A stretch of DNA of 39,778 nucleotides, taken from Verrucomicrobiales bacterium. GTDB lineage: Bacteria; Verrucomicrobiota; Verrucomicrobiia; Verrucomicrobiales; SLCJ01. The notes under the pieces are model-generated. The model saw only the letters and a program-made list of their open reading frames with translations. It made no database searches and was not told the DNA's origin. This document shows, one piece after another, positions 36,016 to 39,778 of this stretch. The position numbers and the translations under genes were made by a program. The DNA lies in assembly GCA_046075565.1 (NCBI GenBank), contig JBJTQJ010000003.1, positions 1-39,778 of the forward strand, written 5' to 3'. Position 1 is the first letter of the stretch, and the number at the start of each line of letters is the position of its first letter.

Positions 36016-37767
36016 TTATTGGTGCCGTTCCGCTTTCTCAAAAATCACGGAGAGATCCTGCTTGAACAATTCCGCGAAATACCGCGCCCCGGCTTTCGTG
36101 AAATGCCTGCAATCGTGGCTGATGAATTGCCTGGAAGGCGTGAATACGGGGACGGTTTCATTTTCATCAATCACCCGCCCGACAAGATCGAGATATTTTC
36201 CACCCCACTGCTTCCGCAGCATTTCATTATATGCGCGGTTCCCCTTCTGCATGGGTGTTCTTTGCTCGAAATAGCCGTCCTTCCCGTGATTGTAGAAGAT
36301 CCCATTGCTATTGCCGAAGCTCTTCGTGCCGACGGCCCATAACTTCGATTCGGGAATCGAGAGCGCGCGCACGTCCTTCGGCCTGGGTTCCGAATAGAAA
36401 ACAACATCCGCGGCGGCGACCCTGACCTTGAGATCCTTGTGCGTCGCGGGCTCTTCAATATAAGATATCTCCAATTCCGGGGCGAATTTCGACTCCAGCA
36501 GCACATTGACCCAGTCCCGCGCGAAACTGTTGCCGATCACCAGAACCTTCGTCTTGCCGGAGGAGGCGAAGGGTTTGTCATGGGCGAAAACACGCTTATT
36601 GTATTTGGCGTGGATGTTCCGTTCCGCCTCGGTCTTGCTGATTCCAAGCTCGGGAACGTCCTTCAGGACTCCGCCTTTGCGATAAATGTAACCCGAGGCC
36701 GCGCTGGTCAGCAGGAAAACCGACGCGAGCGCCAGCAGCATTGCCTTGGTTCCGATCCTGTTCTTGTTGCGGAATGGCTGCTCGATCAGGAAATAGCTGA
36801 GAGCTGAAAGCGCGACGGTCAAAAGGAAGATCACCACCAGATGCGACGCATGCAGCTCCTGTGCCCAGAAATACCGCGCATAGGCAAGCAGCAGCTGGTG
36901 CCACATGTACAGGCTGAAACTGATTCTCCCGAGCGCCACCATGATCCTGTTCTCGATCAGGAATGAAGAGAGCCTGTTCCCGCCATTCGAGGTGATGAGA
37001 ACCGCGGTCGTCAACAGGACGGCAAGCGGCAATTTGACGCTGTCGGGAATGAAGGAAAGGTCGAGGCACAGGATCGCGACGAGGAGCAGAATAACCAGGC
37101 CCGGCAATTGATGCCGCACAAGCCTTCCCCTCAGCAGGATCGCGGCGATCCCGCCGGCCGCCAACTCCCAGAACCTGAAGAAAATCAGGTAAAACTTTTG
37201 AAAGTGTTCATAATGCGGTAGCAGATACAGGGTGAGCGAAAGCGCAGCGAGCGTGGAAATCACCGGCAATAGCCACGAGGCCCTGTATTTGGCTACAAGC
37301 GAGATCAAAAACGGATATACCAGATAATACTGCTCTTCCACTCCCAGGCTCCATGTGTGCATCAATGGCTTGTATTCGTTGACCACATCCCAGTAATTCC
37401 TGGTGGTGACCGCCTGCAGGATGTTGTTGCTGAAAAAGTTCGTCGCAATGACGCTCTGCGCCAGGTTCTCCAGATCATCAGGCAGCATGGTCTTGATGCC
37501 GATGATCAAGGCGACCATGCTGACGAACAGGGACAGCGGGATGATCCGTCTTGTCCTCCTGAGATAGAAGTCCATGATCGAAAACCGGTTCCCGTCGATT
37601 TTTTTCATGATGATTCCTGTAATCAGGAATCCGCTGATCACGAAAAAGACATCGACTCCCAAATAGCCATTCGGCAGGAAACCGAAGTGGAAGACAATGA
37701 CCGCCAACACGGCGATCGCCCGCAGCCCGTCAATGTCGTTCCGATACTCCTCGTGTTGCGTCATCAT
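36016..37767 (-). CDS. O-acyltransferase (acyltransferase-3 plus SGNH-like domain)
   Basis: YRNDIDGLRAIAV, GVDVFFVISGFLI, HTWSLGVEEQYY, SFSLYMWHQ, IGNSFARD and DCRH motifs. Confidence 0.95.
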   Translation of the reverse strand: MMTQHEEYRNDIDGLRAIAVLAVIVFHFGFLPNGYLGVDVFFVISGFLITGIIMKKIDGNRFSIMDFYLRRTRRIIPLSLFVSMVALIIGIKTMLPDDLENLAQSVIATNFFSNNILQAVTTRNYWDVVNEYKPLMHTWSLGVEEQYYLVYPFLISLVAKYRASWLLPVISTLAALSLTLYLLPHYEHFQKFYLIFFRFWELAAGGIAAILLRGRLVRHQLPGLVILLLVAILCLDLSFIPDSVKLPLAVLLTTAVLITSNGGNRLSSFLIENRIMVALGRISFSLYMWHQLLLAYARYFWAQELHASHLVVIFLLTVALSALSYFLIEQPFRNKNRIGTKAMLLALASVFLLTSAASGYIYRKGGVLKDVPELGISKTEAERNIHAKYNKRVFAHDKPFASSGKTKVLVIGNSFARDWVNVLLESKFAPELEISYIEEPATHKDLKVRVAAADVVFYSEPRPKDVRALSIPESKLWAVGTKSFGNSNGIFYNHGKDGYFEQRTPMQKGNRAYNEMLRKQWGGKYLDLVGRVIDENETVPVFTPSRQFISHDCRHFTKAGARYFAELFKQDLSVIFEKAERHQ

Positions 37768-38792
37768 TTGCCAACGACATCCAGATAGGTTTCCGCATAT
37801 TGCATCGCCACCGCTTCCGCAGAGAATTTTTTCACGTTTTCAAATCCATGCCTGACCAAGGCGCATCTCAGATCCTCCCCGTCCATGAGGCGACGCAACC
37901 CATCACGGATCGCCGTGACATCAAATGGATCGACCTTCAGCGCGCCTTCTCCCGCCACTTCCCGCATGGGGGAAATGTCAGAGGTGATCACCGGCCGGCC
38001 GATTGCCTGCGCTTCCAGAATCGGCATTCCGAAGCCCTCGTAGGTGGAGACAAAACACACCAGATCGCACGATTGATAAAGCGCCACCACCTCCTGCCTC
38101 GAAAGCCCGTGGTGGATCTCGTGCTCGACCCCCTGATTGGCGAGTTGCATCTGTTGTGTTTCCGTCGGCTTGCCGAGAATACAAAGCCGGACATCAAGGC
38201 CGGAGCAGGCTTCCACTACTCGTGTGAGATTCTTGTTTTCCGTTGTGCCGACCAGGAGAACACGCACCTTGCCCTGTAGCGGAGGTCTATGACCGTCGGC
38301 GCAGGCCGGCCACGGTTTGGGCTGGGCCCCGAACTCCGTGGAGACGCAGTTCGGTATCACCCGCACCTTGTCGGGTTTCACCCGGCACGTCGCCAACAGG
38401 CGGCCCTTCGTGAACTCGGAAATCACCGTCACACGGTCCGCCCGCAGGCATGGCAGATAGAGCCACCACCACCAGAACAACAGCCGCTTGAGCCCGCGTG
38501 ACTCCTCGATGAAGCGCAGATCATGGATCGTCAGCACCACGGGACGGCGCCAGATTCCGAGAACCGCATAATGGATATCGCCTGTCTGGTGGATCACGTC
38601 GCAATCCCTCAGGGACGCCGCCCAACGCAGGTTGTCAACGATGGTCCGCGGATTCGCGCCCCCCTGCGGCGCGGTGGCGACCGTCGTTTTCACCCATTCG
38701 GGAAATGCCGAGGTGATGTTCGAGAACAACTCCTCGATGCTCCAGAATTGGCCGGGGCGGCGGTTCACCAGGATCACATGGAGCGGCCTCAT
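37764..38792 (-). CDS. GT4 glycosyltransferase with an in-frame REP copy in the interdomain linker
   Basis: HQTGDIHY, LTIHD, KNL and STYEGFGMPILEAQAIG motifs; ATG 38792 overlaps the upstream TGA. Confidence 0.93.
   Translation of the reverse strand: MRPLHVILVNRRPGQFWSIEELFSNITSAFPEWVKTTVATAPQGGANPRTIVDNLRWAASLRDCDVIHQTGDIHYAVLGIWRRPVVLTIHDLRFIEESRGLKRLLFWWWWLYLPCLRADRVTVISEFTKGRLLATCRVKPDKVRVIPNCVSTEFGAQPKPWPACADGHRPPLQGKVRVLLVGTTENKNLTRVVEACSGLDVRLCILGKPTETQQMQLANQGVEHEIHHGLSRQEVVALYQSCDLVCFVSTYEGFGMPILEAQAIGRPVITSDISPMREVAGEGALKVDPFDVTAIRDGLRRLMDGEDLRCALVRHGFENVKKFSAEAVAMQYAETYLDVVGK
38273..38299 (+). repeat. Intragenic GTAG-type REP copy
   Basis: cctgtagcggaggtctatgaccgtcgg, close to cctgtagcggcgtgtctatgaccgtcgg at 27214-27241. 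Confidence 0.88.
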
Positions 38793-39778
38793 GACAGCCT
38801 GCCGTTTTTGCTGATCCTTCGCGGCCGCGGCAGCCGGAGCTTCCTGGCGGGTTGGGCTGGCGCCCCCAGAAAATACCTCATCATCAGGATGTACAGCAAC
38901 GTGAACATGACAGGACCCACGATCTCCGTATGAATCCAGCCATCCACGCGGGCTCCACCCCGGATCCACAGCAAGGCGATTGGCAGGATCCATAGATTCC
39001 CGCCCGTCTGTTCCGCTCTGAAGACCAGCGTGAGCTTTCCGAATAGCCAGCCGATCGCGCACGAGGTGAGCACCACAGCCAGCCAGCCTCCGTTCCAATA
39101 GGCTTCGGAAAAAAATCCGACGCCGAAGGTCGCGGTATCTCTTCCGGTAAGCCTTCTGTAAAGTTCCCTGCCGGATTCGATGAACGGCTTGTCTGGCCAT
39201 AGCACGCGTGGAATCGGTGCAATCAATGCCAACATCAGGCTATCCCCAGGAGCGCCTTCATCGTATTCAACCATCGTAAATGCCTGTACATTCGCGTAGT
39301 TCAGGCGCGTCCACCACGCTTGATCCTCCTCCTCCAATCCGGCCTCCTCTTCGGATTCGAAATACGATTGGGCCATCTCCAGGCGGCCCCAGATGGAACT
39401 TTGATCCATGACGTTTTCCCGGACAAAGGATACGAAGGAATGGCTGGCCAAGTAAACGATTGCCAGAACCACTGGAATCCACTGCAGCGCCTGCCGCTTC
39501 GGGCGGTAGAGCAGGTATCCGAAAATGCAGGGGACCACCGCCAGCAGGATGGACATTTTGGAAAATGTGAGGGCACCGCCGACAACATCCAGGACAAGCA
39601 GGATGCCCCATAAGAACCACCATCCTCCTCCCTTGCGCAGGGCCATGGCGGTGAGCAGCACCAGCCCTGCGCTGGTCAGGTTGGCGAACCACGACAGAAA
39701 ACCCGGCGCTATGAAAGGCAGGACATCGTATTGCGAAAGAATGGTGATCACGCGGAAGGGCAGTCCGACGAGATAGAA
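38789..39778 (-). CDS. Polytopic membrane protein, probable Wzy-like polysaccharide polymerase (5' partial)
   Basis: Multiple TM segments, IPRVLWPDKP and FFSEAYWNGGW motifs; position in the EPS cluster; frame open to the window edge. Confidence 0.75.
   Translation of the reverse strand, partial: FYLVGLPFRVITILSQYDVLPFIAPGFLSWFANLTSAGLVLLTAMALRKGGGWWFLWGILLVLDVVGGALTFSKMSILLAVVPCIFGYLLYRPKRQALQWIPVVLAIVYLASHSFVSFVRENVMDQSSIWGRLEMAQSYFESEEEAGLEEEDQAWWTRLNYANVQAFTMVEYDEGAPGDSLMLALIAPIPRVLWPDKPFIESGRELYRRLTGRDTATFGVGFFSEAYWNGGWLAVVLTSCAIGWLFGKLTLVFRAEQTGGNLWILPIALLWIRGGARVDGWIHTEIVGPVMFTLLYILMMRYFLGAPAQPARKLRLPRPRRISKNGRLS

Overview
GC-rich bacterial DNA, probably Verrucomicrobiota (Luteolibacter/Haloferula-like; inferred from the PEP-CTERM tails, the exosortase and the gene families). 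The left half (1-17.5 kb) has two PEP-CTERM proteins, a scrambled remnant of a polysaccharide operon, ppk2, a ClsC-like phospholipase D, a Nif3 protein, class II ribonucleotide reductase nrdJ with an NrdR box, a four-helix-bundle gene, a lipoprotein hydrolase, a DUF2092-like gene with an internal TAG, a DPRGIA-repeat secreted protein and an apparently complete IS630. The right half (17.8-39.8 kb) is a minus-strand exosortase plus exopolysaccharide cluster: Wzy-like, three GT4, two OafA/SGNH acyltransferases, truncated WcaF, a carbamoyltransferase between two YdcF/DUF218 paralogs, a WecA-like gene, exosortase and a TPR protein. Four toxin-antitoxin-like modules interrupt this cluster. The most unusual signal is a dense set of short-period (7-10 bp) imperfect tandem arrays arranged as inverted, partly nested brackets, mixed with REP-like hairpins. 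These occupy the intergenic gaps around the TA cassettes and also sit in frame inside all three GT4 genes. All calls come from motif recognition by eye; no searches were run.
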